NCBI GenBank assembly: GCA_051942205.1
Contig: JAVECO010000122.1
Location: 1-64,000, forward strand
DNA from: Coniocarpon cinnabarinum
Taxonomy: Eukaryota
Direction of reading: 5' to 3'
Length of the DNA stretch: 64,000 nucleotides
The notes beneath the pieces were generated by a model. It saw only the letters and a list, made by a program, of their open reading frames with translations. It had not been told where the DNA came from and made no database searches. Shown here one piece after another: positions 24,777 to 36,887 of the stretch (position 1 is its first letter; each line of letters begins with the position of its first letter). The translations under genes were made by a program, and so were the position numbers.

Positions 24777-25721
24777 ATGATTTTCAAACGAGCAAAGGAA
24801 CTGCCAGTCTCAAGGAATCGACTCAAACAGCTCCATTACCATTGTCATACATTATGGTTGTTCACTGTGAACGACTTGAAAACCATGGTCTTTCCTAGCA
24901 CCATCTTTGCAGTTGCAATGGGCATATCTATCTTGCAATTTGAGAGGCCGAATAACAGGATCAACGTTACTATAGGCACTATATGCCATCGAGTTCCAGG
25001 AGTCCTGATCTGGACTTGGTCCAATCTTCTCGCATTTGCAGTGGACAATCAAAAATCGTGCCGGGCGATCGAGGAGGACAGGCTGAACAAACCTTGGAGG
25101 CCACTACCGTCAGGACGTTTAACACAGGCGCAGGCAGAGGTTTTATCAATCTTCACATACCCTGCTGCGACCTTGGTTTCGATATTCTGCGGCGGGGGTC
25201 ACTTTGCATGCAGTCTCCTCATCATTTTCGGTTTCATATACAACGACCTGGGTGGCGGAGACCGGCACTGGCTTGCACGCAATCTGCTCAACGGATGTGG
25301 CTTTACAAGCTTCGCTGGCGGGGCTCTAGATGTGGTGCTTCGAGACTCGAGCAGCAACAAGTCAATACCCTGGTTGGCAGTGATTGGGTGTGTGGTTGCC
25401 ACAACTGTCCACTTGCAAGACATGTATGATCAAGCTGGTGATGCAGCAGCCGGCCGAAAGACGATACCGCTGATTATTGGTGATGCACGCACACGATACA
25501 CGATCGCTGGGGCGCTACTCTTTTGGTGTTGGGCCTGTCCAAAGTTCTGGAACGTCTCCTTCGTCGGCTCTCTGTTGCTAGTAACACTCGGAGTCATTGT
25601 TGCCTTCCGTACTCTTACTTGGAGATCCGTGGAGGATGATAGGCGTACCTTTAAGCTCTATAATTTGTGGTTAGTGTCTCTATATTGGCTACCATTAATG
25701 CCTCGCCATATACGGACTTGA
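24777..25721 (+). CDS. UbiA-family membrane terpene cyclase, Fma-TC-like (copy 1)
   Basis: TLWLFT..DLKT, DNQ....IEEDRLNKPWRPLPSGR, YNDLGGGD, RNLLN, QDMYDQAGD...GRKTIPL; multiple hydrophobic helices. Confidence 0.9.
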   Translation: MIFKRAKELPVSRNRLKQLHYHCHTLWLFTVNDLKTMVFPSTIFAVAMGISILQFERPNNRINVTIGTICHRVPGVLIWTWSNLLAFAVDNQKSCRAIEEDRLNKPWRPLPSGRLTQAQAEVLSIFTYPAATLVSIFCGGGHFACSLLIIFGFIYNDLGGGDRHWLARNLLNGCGFTSFAGGALDVVLRDSSSNKSIPWLAVIGCVVATTVHLQDMYDQAGDAAAGRKTIPLIIGDARTRYTIAGALLFWCWACPKFWNVSFVGSLLLVTLGVIVAFRTLTWRSVEDDRRTFKLYNLWLVSLYWLPLMPRHIRT

Positions 25722-26697
25722 AATTGCGAGCTTGCGGTGGTGCGGAAAACAGTGGAGTTGGGCATCCCAGCCACAATGGTGGTGATAGTAGCAATCAATC
25801 ATTCTCATCTTTCTCTCGTAAGTTGTGGGACATTAAGACAACATGTAAAGTTTCCTTACAGCTACACAAGCGAAAAGTTTAGTGAATCAGAAAAGTCTGC
25901 GCCCGGGCTAATTACCCTAAAGCGAGACACGTCCACAAGAGCAACTATACCCGCGGTGCCCGAATAATGAGGCGTTCAAATACTGCTCCATACGCGAGTA
26001 CCCACTGTGGTCTTTCTCTAGCTCATGGACACTTTTTACCGGAGGAGCTGTCCCACGAGACATTCTTCTGTGTGTGCTGACTCTCGGGCGACTTGTTTGA
26101 TGCATCTCCGAAGTGAGATCCAACACTAATGGCCATGAGACATGGGTATAGGATTACACAGTAATTCTGTCATTGTATCCACCTGCAGTCCTCCAGTGCC
26201 TAGTTGTCTACGATCTCTGCTGATGCGATGGAAAGGGTACAACTCTTGAGGCGATTTTTGTCCCGTTAGGGTTACACGACCCAAAAGGATGGCTGCTTCG
26301 GCATCGAAGCTAGGAACATGAACTCCAGTGACAGAGAACGGTTCTGGGCTTTGACGCCGTCGCCTTCCTGACTGGAAGAACGTTAGTGGACGCTGAGTGA
26401 CGGGGACGATATCGAGAACAAATGTTCAAACGTGGTACTGGCCGGCAGGATAAGCGCATAATGCTTTGGTCAGTAATTTTGTTAGAGTGGTAACCACACG
26501 AGTCTTGCACGATTCAACAAAGACTCGCCATTCAACTGTTGCGTGCGTTGAGCTTCGCCCGAGTCTAATCTCCAACGTGGCTGCCATCGCCAATACGGTC
26601 CACTCCCGCACCTTTGACATGCCTGCTAAGACGTGGCCTCCTCGAATGCTGACACGATCGAGTAACTCCGAGCCCAGCAAATAGGTTCGTGCGGACC

Positions 26698-27639
26698 TCA
26701 TGCCTTGAAGCCAATGTGAACATGAATGTCATATCGCACATAGACTCCGCCGTCCAGCGACGCATACGCTGCCTTCTCCAACGCATCAATCCTTTCATGC
26801 GACAGAAACCCAGGTATCCCGCGATCCGCCATAGCGCGATTACCCGTCCCCGCAATCGCAAATCCATTCATCGTCGTCCTTCGTCTCGTCTCCGGCACGC
26901 GGTCCGACGCGACGACATCCTCGAACACGTCTGTCATTCCCGCGTCTCGCATGATACCGGCAAGGGTACTCCAGCCATGCTTGAACTTCTCGAGCAGAGC
27001 ATCGCGCCAGGCGAAGCCAAAGTTGCCCGCTGCTTCCGTGCTTGAGCCCGGTGCGCCTCGGACGTACGTGGCGTTTACGAAGTTGCACTCTTCCCATTCG
27101 ATGGCACCGCCTGGTTTGAGCATCTGCAGGAGGTGTTGCACTGCGGGTGCCCAGTCGTTTGGCTGCATGCCTGCGACGATGAGGCGGACGTGGACGAGAT
27201 CGAACTTGTTTTGGTACTGCGGTGGTGGGGGGTCGTGGATGTTGTAGACACCCAGGTGCACATTTTGGGGTAACTTGCTCTGAGGGGGAAAGAGCTTGTC
27301 GGATATGTCGAGGGCGTGGAAGGTGGCGTTGGGGAGCTGTTGAGAGGCTTGGATTGCGAATAAGCCTGTGCCGGTTCCTACGTCTGCTATCGTGGGGTTG
27401 GGTGGGAACCGCTTCACGACGTCCGGGTGAATGTGGTAGCCGATGTTCCTATGTAAGGGGGATTAAAACTGGTGCTGTACTGGCGTCAGCAGCTTCCGTA
27501 CATACTCGGTGAGGACTTCGAACTGGTCGTCGAGGCTGGAGAATGTCAGTCACGCAGCGAACCAACGTCCAAGCAACTTGTCACACCGTTCAGCCTCAGT
27601 CTGCGACCGTGTCATTAGCTCATCGTATGTACTAGACAT
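26698..27639 (-). CDS. Class I SAM-dependent methyltransferase
   Basis: MSSTYDELMTR..EAER|LDDQFEVLTE|NIGYHIHP from two 5' introns, then IADVGTGTG, LDIS, FDLVHVRL, LKPGGAIEWEE. Confidence 0.9.
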
Positions 27640-28394
27640 CTTGAAATCCGGTTTTTGTTCTGCGACCAATATCAAAAAGACTCTGTGAATATTATTTGGT
27701 TGTCACAGAATAGGATGTATTTTAGCAGACGCCGACGCAACAACAAGGTACCCTGGACATTAGAGGTACACAACGTGACTTGCTGACTACGAGAGGAGTA
27801 GCACGACGAGTCAGCGACCTAGAACGAGTCTCGTCCACAGTTGCAAGCGAACCGGGACGTTTTTTGGGGGCCAAGATGCTACTTGGGCGACGCTCACTCG
27901 AGGATCTGCTGGAAGCCTCGCTGCCTAGAGCCACCGTCTCTGCAGAGCTCCACGCCCGGTCAGCGGTGCAGGGTCTGGATCTACGAGAAATGGACAAAGC
28001 ACCGAGAGAGGTGTTGCATGACATCAGAGCGGCCGACAATGAGATGAGCCACGGGCCGCGCTGCCGCTCTCGATATCAATGATCACGCACAGATCCCCGA
28101 ATGCGGCCTAGTGTGGTAGCGGCTGATGCTGGCGTTAAGGAGCTCGACTGGAACTACTCCTGCTGCGCGCTCATGCCGCTTCGACGGTAGCTAGGTGTGT
28201 GACCAGGACGTGAAGGACCAGGGTGCTATCCGAAGCTGAATGCGCCCCTGCAGCAATTTATAGTCCGGCCGTCGTATATATCAGCGGCATGTAGCCAAGA
28301 TCCGAGACATGGTATGCAACCGCGCTGCAGACTCTCTGTGACCTCTGTCTTTGAAGTCGCAGACTTGATCCCTAGGTAGTCTTTGCGAACGAGT

Positions 28395-30029
28395 ATGAAC
28401 ACGAGAGTGCAGCTGCTCGCCGCCGTGGGGGTAGGCATTGCTGCTCACGTCGGCCTTTTCTCACGAGGAGAATGGCACATGCAAGCACCTGCAATCCTCA
28501 CCACACATGTTGGTCTCTTCGTCGGCCTGGCAGTATATGAGTCGATCAAGGTCGATTCCAATGGCGTCGCGCCATTTCGCGCAGCAACCCTCATCATCGG
28601 ATACCTAATAGGCCTCTATACGAGCCTCATCATCTACCGCGTCTTCTTTCACCGCTTACGGCATTTCCCAGGCCCAAGACTGGCCGGCATCACGAAACTG
28701 TGGCACGTCTACAACACGCTGGACGCGCGCAACCACGAGCTCCTACACGGCATTCACAAGCAGTATGGCGACTTTGTCCGGATCGGTCCTAACGAGATCG
28801 CTGCGTTCCATCCTGACGCCCATCATGTACTTGAGGGCCCCGGCAGCGACTGCTCCAAGTCAGACATTTTCGACCTCATGGAGCCCGATCATTCTCTGGT
28901 TCTTACGCGACGCACAAAAGAGCATCACTCTCGACGGGCATTGTGGACGCGCATGCTTTCGCCCAAAGCCATCGCCGAGTACAAGCCCCAGATGCTGATG
29001 GAAGTGGATCGCATCACAGGTCGCTTCGCTGACGCCGCAAGGAACAAAGAGACGATGACGATCAACGACAACCTGTACTGGTTCACATACGATGTCATGG
29101 GGCGGTGCGGATTCGACAAGGAATTCAATCAGGTCCAAGACCAGGCCTGGCATCCCGCTGTGGATATGATGCGTCGAGCGACCAGCATCTTTGGGCCCTT
29201 CCAGCCGGCCATCTGGATCGTGCGCATTGGGTTCGCTTTCTTCTGGTGGGCAGGCAAGGTCGCGGACTGGTTCGGTATGCTGGCGTACTGTGAGCAAGAG
29301 GTCAACCGCAAAGCCGCCCTCAAGTCCAAGGGTGGGAACCTGTTTATTGGGTCTGCGTTCTACGACGCGTTGCAGACAGAAGCGGATCGTCAAGAAGCAG
29401 TACGCTGGCTGCGCGGCGACGCCGCAACGCTCATGGTGGCCGGCAGCGAGACTTCGGCTCCGGCACTCATCTTCACCTTCTACGCCCTCGCACAACATCC
29501 CGAGTCCACGGAGAAGGCATTTGAAGAGCTCCGAGATGCGGACGTGACGGACCTGTCGGTCTTGTCGGTACTTCCGCACTTCAATGCCTTGATCTCGGAG
29601 GCGATGCGTCTCTACTCGTCAGCGCCGACCTTCGTTTCGCGAGACACCCCGGTGGGCGGCGTCAACATCGGTGGGAGGCATATTCCAGGCAAAGTCAAGG
29701 TGTCCGCCCCACGGTGGACCATCAGTAAAATGGAAAGCGCATTTGAGCGGGGCACCGAATTTGTACCGGAGCGGTGGTACAGCAAGCCGGAGATGATCCG
29801 TAACCGCAACGCGTTTGCACCTTTTGGGATGGGACGCATGAGCTGCGTGGGGCGAGAGTTTGCCATGAGCGAGATTCGCATGTTGGTGGCAGCTGTCATC
29901 CGCAAGTTCTACATCGAGCTTGCCGACGAGGATGCAAAGGTGTCAGTGGTGAGGGACATGCGCGACAAAATCCTCGCCAACCCAGGTCCGTTACGGGTCA
30001 AGTTCACAGAGCGAACAGCAGCATCATGA
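28395..30029 (+). CDS. Cytochrome P450 (intronless)
   Basis: RGEWHMQAP, FPGP, AGSETS, EAMR, PERW, FAPFGMGRMSCVG; clear homolog of the 22318-24443 P450. Confidence 0.96.
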   Translation: MNTRVQLLAAVGVGIAAHVGLFSRGEWHMQAPAILTTHVGLFVGLAVYESIKVDSNGVAPFRAATLIIGYLIGLYTSLIIYRVFFHRLRHFPGPRLAGITKLWHVYNTLDARNHELLHGIHKQYGDFVRIGPNEIAAFHPDAHHVLEGPGSDCSKSDIFDLMEPDHSLVLTRRTKEHHSRRALWTRMLSPKAIAEYKPQMLMEVDRITGRFADAARNKETMTINDNLYWFTYDVMGRCGFDKEFNQVQDQAWHPAVDMMRRATSIFGPFQPAIWIVRIGFAFFWWAGKVADWFGMLAYCEQEVNRKAALKSKGGNLFIGSAFYDALQTEADRQEAVRWLRGDAATLMVAGSETSAPALIFTFYALAQHPESTEKAFEELRDADVTDLSVLSVLPHFNALISEAMRLYSSAPTFVSRDTPVGGVNIGGRHIPGKVKVSAPRWTISKMESAFERGTEFVPERWYSKPEMIRNRNAFAPFGMGRMSCVGREFAMSEIRMLVAAVIRKFYIELADEDAKVSVVRDMRDKILANPGPLRVKFTERTAAS

Positions 30030-30814
30030 GAGAGCCACGCGAGCGCATGGAGCCGCCTGTGACAATCGCACTCGCGAACGATGCGAATGAGTAGTAATCT
30101 AGCCGTAGATCGGCAATTGTAGCAACACACCTGGAGCTTCGGCGGGATTTCGATTGGTGCAGCTCGCAGCGCTTCTAAGGCCTCTAGTGACGAATGTGGC
30201 GGTTGTGCCGTGTGCGTGATCGCTGCGAGCCACCAGCACCAGACTTTTCCAACGCTTCGCTCTGCCACTCAGCACCTCGCTGGCCACGCTGACATAGCTG
30301 CCACCCGGTGTTGGTGCCAATGCTCTTTGCTCCGCATAACAAGCATCCCGAGCTGTTCGAGAAAGGAGGATAGTGGTCGCAATTTGCAATATCCGCACTT
30401 GACCCTGGCCATCGAACAAGGTATGGGCTTCCTCGCGTGGCGTAGACTTGCACGAGTTGGAGACCTCGAACCATGTTCGGTTTGGTGCATTCTCCACCAC
30501 AGCCAGCAGGCAGTGTAGCGTGTCGTCCACTGGCAACCTTCTCCAATGGTCACAGCCCTTCCTGCCCGTCCGCGGCACGGGATCCTCGCGTTGCCTCTCC
30601 ATGGACGTTTGCTACCAATACGCCCCTCAGTGGGACGGCCCGCGATTGATTCAATAGATTTCGTTGGCTGACTGCCTCCGTACTCCGTATCTTCTTGCTG
30701 ACTGCCTTGCTGACCTCTGCTGAGGCGTCTACCCTATTTTCCTTCTTCGTGTACATAGTATCTGACTTCTACTCGCGTTTCATATCGTATCCTCGAATCA
30801 CACTCGACGAGACC

Positions 30815-31866
30815 ATGGTCCTCTCTGTGGGGGGCAACATTGCCGTTTTTGTGGTCTTCATGGTTGTCGATCTGTTCCTCTGCCTCGCCCGGTTATGGTC
30901 GCGCTGGCTCATGAAGCGCTCCCTGCGCGTCGACGACTATCTGATCATCTTCGCAACCATTATGGGCGTCGCATATAGTGCTCTTGAGTTCTACGCCATC
31001 GAGCACGCCGGCAGCGGCCAGCCTGCTAGCTCGCTCGGCCCCAATGCCAAAGAGAAGCTGGTTCTGGAGACCAAGCTGACCAACGTCAATGGACCAGTGT
31101 GGGCATTCGGCTCTGCGGCCTTCAAGCTCTCCATTCTATTCCTCTTGTACGAGATCTTCGTGACCAAGTGGTTTAGGAGGCTCACTATCGGCTTCATGGT
31201 CCTGACCGTGGCGTGGCTGATTGCGATGCTGCTCGCAGTCTGGCTCATTTGCCGACCGCTTGCGAAGGAGTGGGATCCGACCATCCCTGGAACGTGTGGC
31301 AACGAACAGAAGCTCATCATGACCGTAAGTACATCCTTGCGCTTGGATTCGTGTGCCAATTAACGCTGTATGGACAGTACGCCGTGTCGCCAATGATCCT
31401 CGACACATGCCTTATGATCCTCCCGCTGCCGGTCCTTTGGCGTCTTCAAATGGCGACCAAGCGAAAGGTTGGCTTGTCCATCGTATTCGGTCTTTCGTTT
31501 TGTGCCGTCGCCACCAACGCCGTCCGCACCGGCATCACAGTCAACTATAACCACGAGGACTTGACGATGGCGAACCAGTTGCAGGGGATTATGCAAGCAC
31601 TCGAGATCACGCTTGGGATTGGCATCGCATCTGCGCCGACACTGCAGCCCGCAACGGCGGCCGTCGTCAGCAGTACGCGCTCGACGATGGGCCTGTTGCG
31701 ACCAAGTGCTCAATCATATTCCAACGGCCGAACGTATTACTACATGGACAAATCCAATGCGGCACCTTCTTTCCAGGACCAGGACGAGATTACGTTGCGA
31801 GAATTGAGAAGCAAAGGACAAGGTGGGCCGTCAGTGGCCAGCGCAAGGGCATCAACGTTACCTTGA
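30815..31866 (+). CDS. Pth11-like/fungal rhodopsin-domain 7TM protein (no CFEM)
   Basis: ARLWSR...VDDY, KLSIL, CRPL...WD....GTC, D...ILPLP.LW.LQM...RK, E..LGI..ASAP; intron 31325-31377. Confidence 0.88.
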
Positions 31867-32669
31867 TTAGTCTCAAAACAGCATTTATAATACTCACGAC
31901 ACACGAATCATGACTTCGCTTCAGACCGAAATATTCTTGATACCCTGGTAACAAGTCGTTTACCCAGCCAGTCAACATATGGACTTGGTAGTGTCATAGT
32001 GGCCCCAGCGGGGAAACACAAATCGGAGGTGGGAGAGTGCCGCAAAACGTGTTTCAAATATATGAAAGATGGGTTCAAGCTTGATACTCCATTGTGAAAG
32101 GACTCATAGTATCGTCCACACTGAAGGCTCGAAATCATTTCAGTTTTCTCCAACAGGATTGCGAGCTCCATTTCCAATACTTAGGGTTGCACCTACCCTA
32201 TATCCTTGTCGACCCGTGTCTCGGCATCTCGACTAAGCTCTGCGGCAAAAAAAAACCAGCCGGTGGTTGGCCAACGTATTTCGTACATCCCAATGAGAAG
32301 AAGCGCAGCCGCCTTACAAAGTCACGAAGATTATTTTCTTGTTCCTGCTTCGCGGCTTATTCCGTTGCCAGACCTGATTCCTCACGAGCCAACGTCAGTC
32401 GTGGCTCCATGGATCAGGGATCAGGGATCACGTTGCGAAATTGGGCCAGATCATTCTACCACAATCCCCGTCATGAAAGTGTCATACCTAGCCCACTCCA
32501 ATACTACCTTCGCAAATAGCGCAAAAGTATGCATCGTCACAAACTCATATTCGGTATCAGGGTTCAGGTGTCGAGCTAAAGATGATTGATTCCATATTTT
32601 GATATCTAATGCATAATCACAATTGTCAGGTCACGGTTCAGCCATAGCTCTATGCCGACCTGTTTTGCT

Positions 32670-33587
32670 TCATATGTGGTGGAGCCTGCCACCGCATAGA
32701 GGCAAAGAATACAAAGCCACCAGCCATAAATTCCACAATCGAAAAGTAATTTTGTCTGCTTCAACACTTCGTCGAAATAATGTTCGAATAGAGATCAAAA
32801 TTCCCACCGTGACAGGGACGAAGTATCCCGCCGGCGAACAAGACCAGAATCTGGGGCAGAAAATGCTCCATGCAATCATTACGACTGCGGTTATCCATCG
32901 TGAATTTTCATCACCCAAGACCAAAGGCATAGTTTTCCGGTTTCGAGCAAGGTCGCCAGCTTGATCATGCATATCCTGCGTTTGAACTGTTGTGGTGACC
33001 ACCAAGCTGACTGTCGCAAACCACCACACAAGCGTCTTGACTTTCTCCGAGCCCGCGCCCAGGATGACTTGGAGTGCTCCGGACAAGTAGCAGACGAAAC
33101 CTAGGCCGTTTATTGCATTCCTCACCAGGAAGTGAGTATCAGCTCCTTTCAGATCGTTATACACGACCCCTAGGACAATGAGGGACGTGCATTGAAAGGA
33201 TGCACCGAGTGCAGTGCTGACAGCCATGGCAACCACATACAGTGCGAACATGAGACGCGTTGCTGTCGTGTGTCCCAGCCGTGAAGAAGGCATGGGTCGC
33301 CATGGTTTGTTGACAGCGTCCTCTAGAACTGCAGCTTTCTGTCGTTGATTGTCGATCGCGAATGGTAGCAAATTGATCCATGCCCACAACAACGCCAACG
33401 GCGTTCTAAACAGGATCTGACCAAGTTGCTGCATCGCAAGTTGAGTATAGGCATCATTGACTGACAGCGTCAACGCTGCGCCGTGTAAGACAGCAGAAAG
33501 AGTGCTTGGTATGACGATGGTCTTTAAATCCGAATAAGTGAACAGCCATACAGTGTAGAGATGAAAGAGCCACGAACGAAAGGCCAT
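32670..33587 (-). CDS. UbiA-family membrane terpene cyclase, Fma-TC-like (copy 2)
   Basis: TVWLFTYSDLKT, DNQ....LEDAVNKPWRPMPSSR, YNDLKGAD, RNAIN, QDMHDQAGD...RKTMPL. Confidence 0.9.
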   Translation of the reverse strand: MAFRSWLFHLYTVWLFTYSDLKTIVIPSTLSAVLHGAALTLSVNDAYTQLAMQQLGQILFRTPLALLWAWINLLPFAIDNQRQKAAVLEDAVNKPWRPMPSSRLGHTTATRLMFALYVVAMAVSTALGASFQCTSLIVLGVVYNDLKGADTHFLVRNAINGLGFVCYLSGALQVILGAGSEKVKTLVWWFATVSLVVTTTVQTQDMHDQAGDLARNRKTMPLVLGDENSRWITAVVMIAWSIFCPRFWSCSPAGYFVPVTVGILISIRTLFRRSVEADKITFRLWNLWLVALYSLPLCGGRLHHI

Positions 33588-35890
33588 ATTTCTGTCGGAC
33601 AGAGTCAGAAGACTGACAAGATGATGGTTGGGGAAGCAGGTATAGAAGACTTACAGGTCCAACGTCCGGCTTCTCTGGGTCACCGGAGAATGTGTTTTGT
33701 TGCGTCGTGAACGCGGAGCATAGCCTGCCCACGACGTAGAAAGGCACACTCCATCTGCTGTGTACACAAAGAATCTTTTTGAAGTGTCCGCTGACCTCTC
33801 TATCACGTGCATACCAAAACATGCGTGTTCAGCTGCGGAAGCGTTCTGCGGCAAAATGGAGAGGTGACAGGCCGCAATGCCTCCTTAATATCATCTCACA
33901 TGATTTTCGAGCTGGGCCAGGCACCACATCCCTGACCAGTATTTTTAGACTTTCAGCGAAGCGTCTAACGTCACGATGTGATAGTCGTATGAGCTGTGAA
34001 ATGCTCTCGATGACAAGGGGCGAAGCACTCGGAGACGGCTCAGCACTAAGAATGTAGCGAAGCAATTAGGATGCGCCGATCGCACGGCCCCAACGCTGGT
34101 TGCCCTGTACCTCGGGAAGAAAGCCACTCTAGGCTGAATTGCTGAGCTGCGATTGTCCAGCCAGCAGTGTCCAAGCGGACAGCTCACTCCACTGGACCGA
34201 GAACGAGCACGCGCACGACGTTTTGAGTATGACGTCTGCTCTTAGCCGTATTATGGCGGTCCCAGCCTCGCGTGTGTTGGGGGCTGCTTGGATCCCGAAA
34301 GGATTTCCTTGTCACGCAATCTGCCTCGACTTCCCTTTTTGCTCTTGGTAACCCCTTGGTATCGCATTACGTGGCAGACTCCTTCGAAATCCTGCGACCT
34401 ATCTGTGTCCCGAAATCTGCCTATATCGCCTTTCGCAAGGTGTGGATCGTCCCGACACCGTCAAATACTAAGCAGTAGCTTTTTTATTAAAATTTGGACC
34501 GAGCTCCGAGAGGTCTGTTGCTCTGTCGATCTATGACGGACTGCGTGTGCAGGCGCCGTGTAGCTATGCGGTAATCCGCGTTACTCCTCCTGTGGTTCTT
34601 TTTCAGTGACATGTTGAATGCGCGGAACTTTCCTAATGCTTTGCAAGATACGGAGTATCGCGCCGGAATTCACATTGGGATTCTGCCCACCCACCAAGTA
34701 CATCGTCCCGGTGGGTAGACGAGTCAATTGTTGGTATCAAATTTGAAGACCCTGCCCTTGTAGAGAACGATTATCCAGACCCTGCCACATTTTCATCCTG
34801 TTGTAAACGTGGCAGCACACAGCGTTGATTGGATGTAGACCTACTACGAGTTCACATTACGGTCTCTTTAAATCTTCTTGGACTTCTCGAATATCATCTG
34901 AACCCGCTACCAGTGATCTCTGTTGCTTTTTAACAATATACTAGGTACTTGGCATTGCATCGGCAAAGTAATGCAGCTCACAGTCGTTCCTCCTATCATA
35001 CCTACAAGGGTATCATGTCAAAGCCACGGGACATACACAGAAAAGGTAGCAAGACAGACGTGAATCTTAGTCAGTCCTTCCGGTGTGAAATCGGCGATAA
35101 GACATAGAGTAAAAGCTGCGGAGCCGGTATCGCGAGAGTTACCTGGGGCCTAAAAGAGCTCAGCCCGCGATTCTACTTTTCAAAAATGGCTATCGTATGT
35201 CGGCGCGAAAAGCACCATAGCAAGATGCAAGAAAGGAGCTGATTCTCATGTTTTCTTTCAAATGAGCAACCGTGACTCCAACGTCCTGGTTCTGACGGCT
35301 AATGCGTGGCATGTTGCACTGTTGAGTGGACGCAACTGCGCCTCATACATCAAGCACGAAGATGACGCACGCGTATTGACAATGCCTTCTGCCTGTCACT
35401 CATGCAGGCCTTTAGGTGATGGATATTTTCACATGCCTTGTCTTGGAAAGTGTACACTGCCGTGTGGCAGCGGATGTGAATGGGGTCATGCCTCCATACT
35501 GACGATGCAAACGAGAGGCACATGTGCTATATCTCTGTGCAGCTGCTAGTGTGCGCTGAATGTGCCACTCGCACGCGTTGTCAAAAGTTTGTGCTGATAA
35601 TCTTTTTGAGCCCCGTGTGGAAGTTATGGTCCCTTCTTAAAAAGAGCCAGCCATGTGTGCTTCACGGGGTCGCAAAAAAAATGCCGCGAGTCCCCCTTGC
35701 TCCCACTGATGAGGCGCTTTGCATTCGTAGATACGTCACAAGGATCTGACTAAGCATCAGGGGAAATCTACGCTCCAGTCAGCGGTGAGAAAGCCGCACG
35801 CGCAATGCATACACTATCATTGCTGTCACCAAGGGACAGACCGCCGCCGCCGAGGAAAATCAGCTGTCCAACTGGCACTCCAAAGCACAA

Positions 35891-36887
35891 ATGGCTCCGA
35901 AAGACACCTATCAGATGCCGCGAACAAACAAAGAGATGGAACAGCAATTATGAACACTTCTGAGGAGCCTATTGTACAGGGGACAAGCGTGCTGATATGC
36001 CGTTGAGTTCAGAATCGAGGCCCAGGGTAAAATCTGGTCAGTGTGAGCAGCAATGGCAATTGCTGAAACAGACAAAGACGCAACCTATTTGCTTGAGATT
36101 CAAGTTGATGGATGAATATACTGATGACGTTGTTATTATTGCCTGCAGAAATTTTGGTCACCATCTGCACCCGTTGCTCGAGCGAACATTACCGCACCAT
36201 GCGCGCATTGCAGACATTGGCACAGAAACAGGATCTTATTTGGTCGAATCGTCCGAGATGCTTACTAAAAGCTGCATTTTCGATGTATTCGATGTCTCTA
36301 GTGACTTGTTCCGCAAGGAATTGCCGTCCAACGTTTCGCTGCACGTGCAAGACGCACGTACATACTATCCTCAGGAACACCACGGCAAGTTCGATGCTGT
36401 GCACCTGAGACTCCTGGTAGCCGAGTTCTATAATGAGGACTGGGCGCTGGCTATCGAGAAAGCAGTGCAGCTCCTGAAATCAGGAGGAGCGATGCAGTGG
36501 AAGGAGGCGAACTTCCCCGAAGCGACCTACCTACGCTGAGGCGGCAGATATGCATCCGCAGCTGCGCTCCAGAAAGTTATTGGGGCGCTCAAAGAAGCCC
36601 TCATGTACAGATTCAAGTGGGGCTACAACATCTTGTCGAGGATCTTCAAGGAGAGAGGATCAGTCGGCGTAAAGACAGAAGTGGTGAGCTGCGACCGCGT
36701 CGCTGAGATGAGACAGCCGCTGGCTATTATCGCTGCAGCGGGCGCCATAGGTTGGGCTAGGAAGAAAGGCAGATGGTCAGAGTCAGAGTTGACAGGCTTT
36801 GAGGAACAGCTTGACAAGGAAGTATCTGAAAGCGCCTACTCTAGGTACGACGTGTGGGCCACGATTTGTTTCAAGCCCACGAGCTAG
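35891..36887 (+). pseudogene. SAM methyltransferase pseudogene, paralog of 26698-27639
   Basis: IADIGTETG (Gly motif altered), FDAVHLRL, LKSGGAMQWKE; in-frame TGA at 36537-36539 where the paralog has Gly; frame continues to DRV and YSRYDVW. Confidence 0.8.

Noticed and set aside
30099..30602. 167-aa minus ORF between P450-2 and the rhodopsin-like gene
   Set aside because: No recognisable domain; overlapping ORFs in all frames suggest chance in GC-rich DNA.
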